This document shows, piece after piece, positions 9,729 to 19,775 of a DNA stretch of 61,105 nucleotides. Within the stretch, counting starts at the first letter, position 1. Each line of letters begins with the position of its first letter. The stretch is from a virus. Lineage: Duplodnaviria; Caudoviricetes. A program made the translations under genes and the position numbers. Where the stretch lies: positions 1 to 61,105 of the IMG/VR virus record IMGVR_UViG_3300006162_000242. One strand, 5' to 3'. The notes under the pieces were generated by a model that did not search any database, was not told where the DNA came from, and was given only the letters and a program-made list of their open reading frames with translations.

Positions 9729-10397
9729 TTAGCATGATGTTTGGAGGGCGACTAAGCGGTCAAGCCCAATGGCGATTTCAAATACAATTCCATGCTCCCA
9801 ATCCTTGCGGATGGAACATCCCGCAACTTCAAGTCCAGAGAGTTCCCAATCAAGAGTCTTCTCAGAATAATGAGGTAGTTCCGTGGCTGTAACCACGTTT
9901 CCCCCGAACCGACGAGTAAGGTTTATCAATGCATTTTCAATGTAAGGAGCCTTGGTTCCGTGCGAAGTAAATAGCTGAAACTCCATCTGGTAAAACTGAA
10001 TGAGCCGAAGCTGAGAGGCACGCATTGTATCCGCACATTTTTCGTCACGAAAACTACATCCTACTTGCCACATACAATAAGGCAAATACTTTTTCATCTG
10101 TGCCTTGTCGGGGAACTTCTGATTAAAGACTTCGTATGTTCCCACCGTGGTTTCAGGACGGAGGAACAGGTTGCGGTCACTCTTGACTTCGAGCAAGTCA
10201 AACCCCGTGGCAATATGTGACTCCAAGCGTTCCCGTGGCACGAGGATTGGCGACTCGCATCGTTCCATCTTCACGGCGGGGTTGAGGTCACGCCAAGTAT
10301 CAATGAGCAGAAGCGGAATCTCCCGTATCAATGACTCCCGACGAGCAATCTCAAACTCGTTCCAACTGACAGTAGCGTTGGTGAAGATGGGTTTCAT
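9729..10397 (-). CDS. Class II aaRS catalytic core, alpha2-type GlyRS-like, lacking the anticodon-binding domain
   Basis: LRPET, QVGCSFRDE, RLIQFYQMEFQ, ELPHYS..T.DWE, EVAGCS.R.D, EIAIGLDRL; the ORF ends right after motif 3. Confidence 0.85.
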   Translation of the reverse strand: MKPIFTNATVSWNEFEIARRESLIREIPLLLIDTWRDLNPAVKMERCESPILVPRERLESHIATGFDLLEVKSDRNLFLRPETTVGTYEVFNQKFPDKAQMKKYLPYCMWQVGCSFRDEKCADTMRASQLRLIQFYQMEFQLFTSHGTKAPYIENALINLTRRFGGNVVTATELPHYSEKTLDWELSGLEVAGCSIRKDWEHGIVFEIAIGLDRLVALQTSC

Positions 10398-10693
10398 TGT
10401 TTGGTCGGAAAGATGGCACGGACCACTCGTCCGGGGATTCTCCACCACAGCATGGCTCCCCAAAATACAATGGCGAAAATCCCCGAAAGGGTTGCCACTG
10501 TATTTGAGGCATGAAATGGGAACTGAAACCCATAAACGAACAGGTAAATCGGAAGTCGGGTAAGACCAATCAAAAAGAAAGATGTTACCAGTCCCGCAAT
10601 GGCGTTGAGTTTTTCGTCTTTATTGGTGACGCCGTGTTTTCGAAGGGTGTATTCGATAACCACCCACAATGTTATGATGTATAGAATGTCCAT
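10394..10693 (-). CDS. Small membrane protein
   Basis: About three hydrophobic segments; own promoter at 10702-10729. Confidence 0.6.
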   Translation of the reverse strand: MDILYIITLWVVIEYTLRKHGVTNKDEKLNAIAGLVTSFFLIGLTRLPIYLFVYGFQFPFHASNTVATLSGIFAIVFWGAMLWWRIPGRVVRAIFPTKQ

Positions 10694-10732
10694 ATGCCAC
10701 TAATATAACACACGCCGATAAAAAGTCAAATA

Positions 10733-11095
10733 CTAAATTATCACGGGTTGATTATCTTCCCGCATCAGGTCGAAGGGGCTGATATAACAGAGACCAATGG
10801 TGTAATCAGCATATGATACTGTGCGACGTTGAAGGTATAGTTTAACAAACGATTCGTCTTTGCTGCGATACTCTTCATAATACACCACAGGGTCACGCAA
10901 TCTGTATCTCTCTTCGGCTGGAATTCCGAAGTTTTCCCATATAATTTGATTGGGAGAGAATTCAACGTAGGGACCACGACCACCAATAACCACACGTAAG
11001 TAACCGAATGCGAGATAGAGTCCGGTTTTGGAGTAGAACTTCAAGTCTGCTCCGTGGGCAGCATTAATCAACAATCGTTTCTCAAACTTATTCAT
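10733..11095 (-). CDS. Phage hypothetical protein
   Basis: Intact ORF in operon orientation; RVVIGGRGPYVEF, YADY motifs. Confidence 0.6.
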   Translation of the reverse strand: MNKFEKRLLINAAHGADLKFYSKTGLYLAFGYLRVVIGGRGPYVEFSPNQIIWENFGIPAEERYRLRDPVVYYEEYRSKDESFVKLYLQRRTVSYADYTIGLCYISPFDLMREDNQPVII

Positions 11096-11358
11096 TCTGG
11101 CATTTCAGCTTTTACTTCGGTCTGTCCAATGTGAAATATCAACATATCACCCGCATTGTTATCCCTATGCCAAGCGACAATATATGGCTCGGGAGTTCCA
11201 AATGGCCACACATAAAGAGTATCATAATCCATAGTGGCAATGACGTTCACACCTATCTTGGCCAATTCCACGGACATACATCGTGGGCGGTCACATTCTT
11301 GAAGTCGCATTCGCTTCAAGTCAACGAAGGTCGTTGGAATTATATCCATAAAAATAAA

Positions 11359-11385
11359 GGTGGGAGCCACCCGAAGGCTCCCACC
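11359..11385 (-). terminator. Intrinsic terminator downstream of rIIB
   Basis: GGTGGGAGCC / GGCTCCCACC stem followed by a T-rich tract on the minus strand. Confidence 0.75.
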
Positions 11386-11442
11386 AACGACAGACCGAGA
11401 ACGCTAGAAAACGGTGCTGTCATTCCTCTCATTGAGAGAAGC

Positions 11443-12957
11443 TTAAAAGTTGTATGCAGCCACATACCCTCGGATGTAGGATGCGTGTTCGCTGCTGTCC
11501 GCACCATCCACATCTTCAATCCGATACTTCGGGTTATGCAGGTTCATTCCTACGTCAATGGACTTCTGTTGCTTGCCATCGGCGAAACCAATGTCATAGT
11601 ATTGATTTGCCTCACCCGTGACCTTGGCCAAGATTGGACTTCCAATCTTTATCAGATGATTCGTAATATCTGTAACTATCTGGCCGAGGGTGCAATCAAT
11701 ATACTTTTCCACAACTTCGTCAGGAATGTCAAATCCAAATTCATACTCGAAAGCCATGCACAGTTCCACACCGTCGAGCGAATCCATACCGACGGAATCA
11801 TAGCTAATCTTCGTGTCGGCATTCAGATTTTTTTTATCGAGCAAAAGTTGCTCGGCAATGATTTCCACCACCAGATTATAGACATAAGAATACAATGGAG
11901 AGACGGGAGAGGCATCAAGCTTCACGGCAAGGGGAGGAAGATTGACTGTGACCCCACCTGCGGTAACGATGTATTGATTTTCAATGTTCGCCTTATCTTT
12001 CAACCAAGATTCATTTTCGAATTTCGTATTTCCGCAAGTATCGGGAATCTGGCTTTCACGTTCGGCTTCATCTGAACCATCTTCATCGCAACTGCAATCA
12101 GCAGTCGGATTTCCGCACTGATGGCAAATGTCATCCTCGTCATCGAACGAGTCAAACTCCGTGGTGAGAGTGTCAGGCATCGGGCCGCTGTATTCACCGA
12201 CAATGGTGTATTTGCAGCAACGAAGCTTCTGACAGGAACAATCATCAGGCACCGAGACGACATCGGCGGGGTCCACTTCAACCAAAACAACACGCTTCCC
12301 CCAACCCTTGGCATAGGCGAGCGAACCAACATGCAATCCTGCACCACAAGCTTGGCGGAAGTCATCGTCCACCGAGGAACGTTCGACTTCAATCGTGGCA
12401 CCAATCGTGTTGAGAATTTGACCTTGAGCATTCACTTCACCTTGAAGGACAACTGTATCCTTATTGCCACGAATGGACCAGAAATCGGATGACACGCCCT
12501 TGTAGGCAATGAAGGTTCCACGCAGAGTAAGAGGCATCCCTTTGTGCTCCAAGAAGTTATACATTTCCTTGATGGCCCGGGCTGAGGGATTCTTCATCTT
12601 GCGGGCGATGTAATTGGCAATGGGCTTGTAGCTCAACTTATCCCGCATGAACGACATAACACGGTCAGCATCAATGGTGTGAATGGGGCGACCCGCATAG
12701 GTGACGCCGAGGGGATTGACGGAAAGCAGGCCGACAGTGTAGGTTTCCACGGCGGTCTTCATGTCCATCGCATCGAGCAATTCACGGATGGGACCAACAA
12801 ATAAGCCGGGGGCGTCGAGGTTGCCTGCAACGTAGGAAATTTTGGTGTAGAGTTCACAGATTTCAGCCCATTTGGGATGGTCGGCACGGGCAGTCTTCAC
12901 TCCGTTGTCATCCACGACAAGGATGGTGTCGTTTGTGCGAGAGATTGTTTTAATCAT
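11443..12957 (-). CDS. rIIB: RIIB-like protein with a fused acyl carrier protein domain
   Basis: FIAYKGV, VDDD....CGAGLHVG, VEVDPADVVSVP.D....KLRCCKY (RIIB); IIAEQL...GMDSLDGVEL.MAFE.EFG.DIPDE (ACP). Confidence 0.85.
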   Translation of the reverse strand: MIKTISRTNDTILVVDDNGVKTARADHPKWAEICELYTKISYVAGNLDAPGLFVGPIRELLDAMDMKTAVETYTVGLLSVNPLGVTYAGRPIHTIDADRVMSFMRDKLSYKPIANYIARKMKNPSARAIKEMYNFLEHKGMPLTLRGTFIAYKGVSSDFWSIRGNKDTVVLQGEVNAQGQILNTIGATIEVERSSVDDDFRQACGAGLHVGSLAYAKGWGKRVVLVEVDPADVVSVPDDCSCQKLRCCKYTIVGEYSGPMPDTLTTEFDSFDDEDDICHQCGNPTADCSCDEDGSDEAERESQIPDTCGNTKFENESWLKDKANIENQYIVTAGGVTVNLPPLAVKLDASPVSPLYSYVYNLVVEIIAEQLLLDKKNLNADTKISYDSVGMDSLDGVELCMAFEYEFGFDIPDEVVEKYIDCTLGQIVTDITNHLIKIGSPILAKVTGEANQYYDIGFADGKQQKSIDVGMNLHNPKYRIEDVDGADSSEHASYIRGYVAAYNF

Positions 12958-12963
12958 ACTGGT

Positions 12964-12991
12964 ATTATAGCTCAGGTTTGGGATTTGTCAA
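12964..12991 (-). promoter_or_regulatory. Sigma70 consensus promoter of rIIB (probably leaderless)
   Basis: TTGACA-16-TATAAT; ATG 6 nt after the -10. Confidence 0.75.
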
Positions 12992-13425
12992 ATGAAAATT
13001 TTTGGGAGTTTCTGCTTGAATGGATTTTGTTCATCGGGCCATTCGGAAAATAGTCCCCGAATCTCCCGCAGGGTGGTCGCACGGCGATTACTGCGGTGAA
13101 CATAATAAAATGACCCATCATGAACTGTTCGAGCGGAATGCGGGGCGATGAACACAGGCGGAAAAGTCGGGTGAAATTGCGTAAGCGTCAAATCCACCCA
13201 ATATTTTTCATCACCGAGAAACACCGTTACAAACGCATGGTCTCGGTTAATATTAAAAACGGGATTCAGACCCATCTTCTTAAGCATACGGAATGCAAGG
13301 AAGCTGCAAATCCCACACGCACCACCCAACGTATTAGGCGAGAATGGCAACGTGTTTCGATGACACGAGTTCTCTATTCGCCTTCGCAGGCGTATCATAG
13401 CTCGTTTGACTTCAAGTGGGTTCAT
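12988..13425 (-). CDS. Hypothetical protein, possible papain/transglutaminase-like C-H-D fold
   Basis: GACGICS...HAFV...WVDLT.TQF. Confidence 0.4.
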   Translation of the reverse strand: MNPLEVKRAMIRLRRRIENSCHRNTLPFSPNTLGGACGICSFLAFRMLKKMGLNPVFNINRDHAFVTVFLGDEKYWVDLTLTQFHPTFPPVFIAPHSARTVHDGSFYYVHRSNRRATTLREIRGLFSEWPDEQNPFKQKLPKIFI

Positions 13426-15824
13426 GCGGCAACTAATTCGGTTTGGACAGGGGTTTCGGTTTGGACAGGGGTCAGCATGGTGTCACGGGTCAAATCAACA
13501 TACAAATCCATTGCGTTGATATATGCAGCAATACTTTTGATTGAATCTTCGCTGACATAGTTCTCATATTCCAGATTATCCCACGGGAGATAAGGATACG
13601 ATGCCCGGGCATTATCTTTGGACTTATCAAAATCAATCGTGCCCTTGGCGTCACCCTTCATTTCATACCAAAGTCCAATATTTCGGAGAGCGTCCTTGAT
13701 TTTCACAACCGTATCATAATTACGATTGCTCACCGTGGTAATGAGGTCGAGAATGGGGCTGTTCTTCTCCAAAATGAGCGGAGTCAGCATCTTGGCCGCA
13801 GCATCACATACAACCGTAGTATTCTCGTAATTCTCGGCATCCACCATTAAATCAATGCTCACGGGCAAATTGGGCATTGCATCTTTAATGGCTTTCCACG
13901 CAGAAACCCAATCACCAGCAGCCGTGGCTTGCTGGAACCACTTAGATTCAGAAGTCTTTGCATTGATGAGGTAGATGCGGTCAATATCGAGGTCGAGTTC
14001 TTCACAGATGGTAGCCAGACCCTCAATGAAGTCACTGTCGGCAGTATAATTGCGATAGGCTTCTGAACCAACCACGTCAGGAACAAGCTTTTTACCCTTG
14101 CGACGACGACCACCCGACAAAGCGGCAACATTCATATAGAATCCACCATCTTCGATTTCACGGACAGGAACTTCGTTTTCCTCGATGCTGCGGGATGAGA
14201 GGTCGAGATATTGCATCGGACGAACGCCACCACCACCACCACCGTAGCTACGGGAGACTTTGTTGGCATTATTCCACGTCTTAGCCTCGGGCATGATTTC
14301 CGAAAGCTTAATCACTGGCACAGTGGCGAAATCATAGGTCTTATAAAAGAGTTCCTTGAGTTCGGCAGTCTCGAAGGTCAAGACGTGAACCGCAGTGTAA
14401 CTCTTCGCAAAGATAAGATACTTCGCCGACATTTGCTGACCAGTCTTCCGTCCCGTGTCATTGATGACCACGGCGACTTTGGATGACGCAACAATTTTGT
14501 TGCATTTGTCGCTGGTGCAACGATTGGACTTCACACGACTCTTTTTCTTCCGATACGTCACCATCACGGGGGCATTGGGATTGTGGTCCGAATCTTCAAG
14601 ACGAACACTGGTGCCGAAGCTGTCATTGTCAAAACGATTAATGTTATCAAAGGATGGGCCACGAATAATAATCCCATTCCATGTAAAAGAATCCTGAAAG
14701 GTGCGTTCCAATTGTAACAGGTTTCCGTCGAGGATTTTGATTTTGTCAGTGATGCCCTCATCGGATTCACCCTTTTCGACTTCGAGAATACCCGTGCCGA
14801 AGATGGCATTATACATGACTTTGGCATCCCAAATGGTAGTCAAACCAGTAAACTTTTCTTGGATGGCCTCTTGGATTTTGGCAAAGATTTCCGTGACACG
14901 AGCCACGAGAGCATTGAAAGTCATGTCCGTGTATTCAAGCTGTTCACGAGAATCAACGAAATTGACTTCACCCATGTCGAAATAGAGCGTCACGTCGTTG
15001 CTCTTAATCAACTCGAACAGGGCACGGGTCTTGGCGTCGAGCGACATTTTGTGATACAAAACGCTCCAATCAATCAGGTAGGGGACATAGCCCATGTAGG
15101 CAGTTCCACGGGCACCATCCACTTGGGGACGGATTTCCCATCCATTACCTTTGAGGGTAGCGGGGGTGCTGCGATATTTGGCAATGGACTCGACACAATC
15201 ATCGGAGAGACCTTTGATGGTAGGCATTACAGGCCAATGACGATAGAAATTGACAGCTTCCCGATGATAAGAATACACTGCGTTCTGTTTGACGGGAACA
15301 CAGATTTCAATGCCCGTGGGTTCATCACTTGGAGTGCGGAGCAGGCAAACGGAAGAATGTAGTTTTGAAGAGTCGCCTTTGATGCACTGATAGACAGTCT
15401 TCTCCCCATTGCACCAAGAAGTCACCGTAAATGAATCGCAGTCGGCGAAGCCTGCTTTACAACCGTATCCGAGGACGCCATTGAGCTTGTTGCTGTTGCG
15501 TTTGGTTGATTCACCAAAGACACAATAAACATTCTTAATCTCATCCTCGGTCAAGCCAGTGCCGAAGTCCCGAATTCGAAAGTTCAGGTCTTCTAAGGTC
15601 GGTAAACTGACTTGTATCTCAGAAATGGGTTTGTCCACCATCGTATGAGCATCGGCTGCATTCGTGCTATATTCACGGATGACCGCCAATTGCTTGCGGG
15701 TGTACATCTTGTCGGAGAGGGACATCAGGATTCGGGCCTGAGTCGCATCCGTAATGCGGAAGTTACTGACGGGGGCGGTTTGCCCGATGGAAGAGACTTG
15801 TTGCGGTGTATCGTTAGGTATCAT
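13422..15824 (-). CDS. rIIA: RIIA-like protein (GHKL/Hsp90-type ATPase N-terminus)
   Basis: MY....AVIREYSTNAADAH, IRDFGTGL, FGESTK..SN...G.LGYG.K; upstream of rIIB. Confidence 0.9.
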   Translation of the reverse strand: MIPNDTPQQVSSIGQTAPVSNFRITDATQARILMSLSDKMYTRKQLAVIREYSTNAADAHTMVDKPISEIQVSLPTLEDLNFRIRDFGTGLTEDEIKNVYCVFGESTKRNSNKLNGVLGYGCKAGFADCDSFTVTSWCNGEKTVYQCIKGDSSKLHSSVCLLRTPSDEPTGIEICVPVKQNAVYSYHREAVNFYRHWPVMPTIKGLSDDCVESIAKYRSTPATLKGNGWEIRPQVDGARGTAYMGYVPYLIDWSVLYHKMSLDAKTRALFELIKSNDVTLYFDMGEVNFVDSREQLEYTDMTFNALVARVTEIFAKIQEAIQEKFTGLTTIWDAKVMYNAIFGTGILEVEKGESDEGITDKIKILDGNLLQLERTFQDSFTWNGIIIRGPSFDNINRFDNDSFGTSVRLEDSDHNPNAPVMVTYRKKKSRVKSNRCTSDKCNKIVASSKVAVVINDTGRKTGQQMSAKYLIFAKSYTAVHVLTFETAELKELFYKTYDFATVPVIKLSEIMPEAKTWNNANKVSRSYGGGGGGVRPMQYLDLSSRSIEENEVPVREIEDGGFYMNVAALSGGRRRKGKKLVPDVVGSEAYRNYTADSDFIEGLATICEELDLDIDRIYLINAKTSESKWFQQATAAGDWVSAWKAIKDAMPNLPVSIDLMVDAENYENTTVVCDAAAKMLTPLILEKNSPILDLITTVSNRNYDTVVKIKDALRNIGLWYEMKGDAKGTIDFDKSKDNARASYPYLPWDNLEYENYVSEDSIKSIAAYINAMDLYVDLTRDTMLTPVQTETPVQTELVAA

Positions 15825-15897
15825 AGCGTTTTTTGTTGTTTTACGATTGTCAGTGGATTCGGGCCACGTTCAATCATACGGAGAATATAACACGACT

Positions 15898-16290
15898 TTA
15901 CTTTTTGTCAAATGGAAGATGACCCGTCTTGGCGAAATGTTGCAGGGCGGGCAAAAGCTGCTTGACCATTTTTTGGCTCAAGTGCATACGGTCGGGGGTG
16001 TTGATGTCGCAGTCGGGGAACATCGTGGACAGGGATTTCTCGTTCCACCCAAAATGGAGGCCCAATGACGGGCGGGGAGAATTGGGCAAATGAGGGAGCA
16101 CAGAGAACTTCCCTTCGGGGTTGTGGCACCCGAACCAAATACAGGCTCCGTCCTTGTCGGCGGAAATGCTGCTTTCTTGGAGCGAGCAATTCCGACCGTA
16201 TTTGTCCGTGAAATGACTGAGGGCGAACCCACGATTGGTGAGTTTGAATTTAAGTGGCGATTTCGTCTTTTTAGCGTTTTTCATTTTCAT
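15898..16290 (-). CDS. Phage hypothetical protein
   Basis: RGF...F.DKYG..CSLQESS, IWFG, RMHL pattern; own TTGACA promoter upstream. Confidence 0.65.
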   Translation of the reverse strand: MKMKNAKKTKSPLKFKLTNRGFALSHFTDKYGRNCSLQESSISADKDGACIWFGCHNPEGKFSVLPHLPNSPRPSLGLHFGWNEKSLSTMFPDCDINTPDRMHLSQKMVKQLLPALQHFAKTGHLPFDKK

Positions 16291-16553
16291 GCCGACAATG
16301 TAACACAGTCGGTGAATTTGTCAAGAGGGCGATTGAGTTTTCTTCCACTCATAATAAACCTCGAATGCCACATAAGACGCCAGAGCATTCCAAAGAGTCA
16401 TCAGACCGTTATAGGCTGCGGCCCAATGTTGACCCACCCAGAACAAATATATGGCGGTGCCGAGGGTTATAATAGCCATAATGGCAGAAACCCATCCCCA
16501 AAAATATCGGTCTTGGGATGAGGGATGAAACAAGAATCGTAACTTTGTTTTCA

Positions 16554-16778
16554 TTATCTTCGGCCATGTGGCTCAGGACGAATTGGCCCATACCATACTT
16601 CGTGTGGACGATAATAATAGTAATAAGTTGGACCCCAAACCTGAGCATAAGGAGCACCATAGAACAAGATAGGAGGGGCGGGTTCAACTGTTATAACCCT
16701 AACCGGAGGAGCAGGCTCAACATAAGTTGCACAGCCAGTCAATGCAACCAACAATGTAATCAATAGGTAGTTTTTCAT
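16554..16778 (-). CDS. Small lipoprotein
   Basis: Signal peptide with lipobox LTGC; Pro/Tyr-rich tail. Confidence 0.65.
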   Translation of the reverse strand: MKNYLLITLLVALTGCATYVEPAPPVRVITVEPAPPILFYGAPYAQVWGPTYYYYYRPHEVWYGPIRPEPHGRR

Positions 16779-16789
16779 ATACATAAATA

Positions 16790-17383
16790 TCAATGAGTTT
16801 CGAACTTTACAACATCGAGGCGGTCAGCATCATCCATACGGGCACTAATGCTGTCACACAGATGGAGTAACCATGCACAATGAGTTTTCGGTGCCACGGG
16901 GCTTCCAAATTCCCGCTTGCCATGATGAGCAAGAATATCGTGTAACACAACATCGTGATACTTTTCATTCAGTTCGGGAAATTTGGAAATGACATCGTGC
17001 CAAATGAGAGCAGAACGAGGAACGTGATAAATGAGCCGACGATGCTCGGTGGGTTTCCAATAAATTCCTGTCGAGGAATGCATTTCCTCATAATCATACA
17101 TTTTTCCAGTGTCGTGAAATAATGTCGCCAAATAAAACTCAATCGGGTCAATCTTCTCCGACAATTTCATTGATGGAATGGTAAGAGTGTGCATCCCTAT
17201 TTCAATAATTTCCCACGTATGACGTGCCAATTCACCAACACCATAATGATGCGTTTTTGTGCTGTGGCTTCCTGACCACCGCTCAAAATTGGGATGTTGA
17301 CGAATAAGTTCATCATACACCAGAATCAACCCCAAGTCTCGGGAATTGTTCCGAAGAAGTTCAGCATAATTTACCGAGTTCAT
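16790..17383 (-). CDS. HD-domain phosphohydrolase (YhaM/Cbf1-like)
   Basis: HHYGVGELARHT, LFHDTGK, ILAHHG..EFGSPV.P, LHLCD. Confidence 0.85.
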   Translation of the reverse strand: MNSVNYAELLRNNSRDLGLILVYDELIRQHPNFERWSGSHSTKTHHYGVGELARHTWEIIEIGMHTLTIPSMKLSEKIDPIEFYLATLFHDTGKMYDYEEMHSSTGIYWKPTEHRRLIYHVPRSALIWHDVISKFPELNEKYHDVVLHDILAHHGKREFGSPVAPKTHCAWLLHLCDSISARMDDADRLDVVKFETH

Positions 17384-17808
17384 GATAAGTATTTCAATGC
17401 CAGAAAGTTGATTCCCAAGTGCATAAGGTTGTCAAAAAAGATGCACAGCCACCACGTAAGAAACGGAGGACGCATTTTATCCTTATTCGCTTCGCCCCAC
17501 TCGTCACCAACATGGTCGAAGAACCCCGTATGATTGGAATTGGCCCACGTTGCACGCCATGACTTAGGATTCAGTATCCATTCCCGGGCAAACAGCAAAT
17601 ACTTGGGGATGGAATAGCGGTCAATGAGAAAATGAGTAACGCCAATGACAAGCAGGGCTTTCCAAGAGAGCGTCAGGACGAGGAAGCAGGCAGTATAAAG
17701 CAGAACGTGAAGGAGAGCAGGAGCAGTTCGCTTGCTCTTGTTGATTGCCTGATATGAGGCTTGACCGAAAAAGAAATCGGCAAACCCGTGGATTAATAGT
17801 TGTTCCAT
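17380..17808 (-). CDS. DUF3307-like membrane protein
   Basis: HGFADFF.Q, LLHVLLY, THFLID, DNLMH. Confidence 0.75.
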   Translation of the reverse strand: MEQLLIHGFADFFFGQASYQAINKSKRTAPALLHVLLYTACFLVLTLSWKALLVIGVTHFLIDRYSIPKYLLFAREWILNPKSWRATWANSNHTGFFDHVGDEWGEANKDKMRPPFLTWWLCIFFDNLMHLGINFLALKYLS

Positions 17809-17811
17809 AAA

Positions 17812-18774
17812 TTATTTCTGAATGTGGAACAAATATTCAAACAACGGTTTATCGCTATATTCTCGATTCCCATCTTTATCAGCCTTATACCGCCGCTGGT
17901 CTTTCTGTTCCACTGTCGCATTGAAGGTAGCACAGATTTCGTCTTTTGTCAAGAGACCATCGGAACTATAACTGATGAAGATGTGTTTAACCTTCGCAGC
18001 ATCAATAACTGCCTTCATAAACTCGGCACACTTTTTTTTGTAACAGAATTTACTACCACTTTCCTCTTGCCATCCATCACGGAGTTTAGTCATACCAACC
18101 AGTTTGGGATTATCATACCGGACAAAAGTTTCGTATAAATGATAGTTATTCCCGTATTGACGACTATTGTATGGAGGGTCTATGTAAAGAATGTCACCTT
18201 TAACCCATCCCAACAACTTCAATATGTCCGAAGAATAAGCTTGTATTTCTCCCGAATAAAACCTCTCGGGTTTCAATGTATAAGGAGCCTTGGCACGGTC
18301 CTTGAGTTCACGCATAAATGCACCGTGAGTGCCAGCCGTATTACTTACTCGGCTCAAGGCTTCAATCGCACAATAGAGCAAGGCATCCCGGACTTTTTCA
18401 TCCTTTTCTTTTTTGAGAGATAAACGGACAGCATCAATTCTACGAGCATTTGGTGCGGAGAAATAAGTGGTCGGAGAAGTGTAATGTTCGTAAAAAAATC
18501 CTTCAATGCCTTCAAGGACGTTTAACTTTTTTATTTTGTCGAATACTGCTTGCCGATGGGTTTCTGTGAGACCAATGCTACCGTTGGCCAATACCTTCGG
18601 AAATTGCATAAGGTCGTTTGCTATTACATTGTATCCTAGTTCAGCAGCATAACGACTCACTGCACCCGAGCCACTGCATCCGTCCACAAACACAGAGCCA
18701 TTCGGAGACACAATATCTTTAATAATGTTAAACATCCACTCATTTAATTTAACTTTCGAACCTATGTAATCCAT
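17812..18774 (-). CDS. DNA adenine methyltransferase (D12/FokI-like class)
   Basis: MDYIGSK, VDGCSGSGAVS, ANDL, LYIDPPY, ISYS, EYLF. Confidence 0.9.
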   Translation of the reverse strand: MDYIGSKVKLNEWMFNIIKDIVSPNGSVFVDGCSGSGAVSRYAAELGYNVIANDLMQFPKVLANGSIGLTETHRQAVFDKIKKLNVLEGIEGFFYEHYTSPTTYFSAPNARRIDAVRLSLKKEKDEKVRDALLYCAIEALSRVSNTAGTHGAFMRELKDRAKAPYTLKPERFYSGEIQAYSSDILKLLGWVKGDILYIDPPYNSRQYGNNYHLYETFVRYDNPKLVGMTKLRDGWQEESGSKFCYKKKCAEFMKAVIDAAKVKHIFISYSSDGLLTKDEICATFNATVEQKDQRRYKADKDGNREYSDKPLFEYLFHIQK

Positions 18775-18783
18775 ATTGACAGT

Positions 18784-19677
18784 TTATTTCAATGACCGCT
18801 TATTGTCAACTTGTTTTAACTTACATGCTAAACGCATTTGTTTTTCTTCGTCTTGTTTTAATTCCGATACAAGATTAGGAACAAGGTTAGGATTTTTTGG
18901 TCGGAGAAAGTTATAATAAAGACATCCTTCACAAACATTTGCGGGTGGTTCGTTAAATCGTTGACGATATGCGGATGACATCAATCGCCCAAGCGGCGGG
19001 AGTGGGATAATATCTCCGTGTTGGCATGCCTCACACGCTGACCTTTTGTTTACATTTCTACTTCGGCGTGTTAATTGATAATGAAGTCTCCACGTTCCAT
19101 CTTCCAATGACTGACGAGTAAGTGGAATAATTGGAAGCCCAAGCTGTTTCCTGACGTTTTCTGGAATACGATGGTCAATTTCTCTCTCACATTTTGGAAT
19201 TTTACCATCCATATCTTCTCCGAATATTTCCCACATTGCATCAGCCTCATCCTTTCTTAGCCGATTCCATGAAGCAATGGATGGAATATCGGATGGCTGA
19301 TAATCCAAAATTTCTCGATATTCTTTCCCATTTTCGTGGAATGTCCAACACTTTCCGACAGGATTTCCTTTTCTAAATATAAACCCCAAGTCCCTCAGCA
19401 TTTGAGCCGGTTTGGCGACTTGACCAGAAACCTTGGCTAACTCTTCATTTGTCCGTGGATGTTTCCAACATGCAATTAGCAATGCATATGGCACCCCTCC
19501 AATTGGAACAGATTCTCTCGGCAACATATCCGTATTTTTGAGAAATTGTTCGTTTATAAATTCTGGATATGATTCAATTACAGTCAAATAAGCTTCCATT
19601 TTTCTGATAGCCAATTTGTTTTCGAAATCATAACCGTAGTCACACGCTAGTCTTATAGGGTCTTTTGTCATGGTCAC
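18784..19677 (-). CDS. Putative HNH endonuclease (candidate restriction enzyme)
   Basis: EIDHRIP...N..KRSACEAC and a further CxxC; located between two MTases. Confidence 0.55.
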   Translation of the reverse strand: MTMTKDPIRLACDYGYDFENKLAIRKMEAYLTVIESYPEFINEQFLKNTDMLPRESVPIGGVPYALLIACWKHPRTNEELAKVSGQVAKPAQMLRDLGFIFRKGNPVGKCWTFHENGKEYREILDYQPSDIPSIASWNRLRKDEADAMWEIFGEDMDGKIPKCEREIDHRIPENVRKQLGLPIIPLTRQSLEDGTWRLHYQLTRRSRNVNKRSACEACQHGDIIPLPPLGRLMSSAYRQRFNEPPANVCEGCLYYNFLRPKNPNLVPNLVSELKQDEEKQMRLACKLKQVDNKRSLK

Positions 19678-19718
19678 AATTATGTCATATAAAAATCACA
19701 GTGGCAACATATAATAAA

Positions 19719-19743
19719 AACGCCCGAGATATTCTCGGGCGTT
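19719..19743 (-). terminator. Intrinsic terminator
   Basis: AACGCCCGAGA / TCTCGGGCGTT stem with a T tract on the minus strand. Confidence 0.7.
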
Positions 19744-19775
19744 CGATACGGGCAACAGACAGTTATGGCCAATGG

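Noticed and set aside
11386-11440. Extra hairpins between the rIIB stop and its terminator
   Set aside because: They are short, match no motif I recognise and are most simply 3' UTR stabilising structure.
14226-14246. CCA/CCG triplet run
   Set aside because: It encodes a poly-Gly linker in RIIA and is not a separate repeat element.
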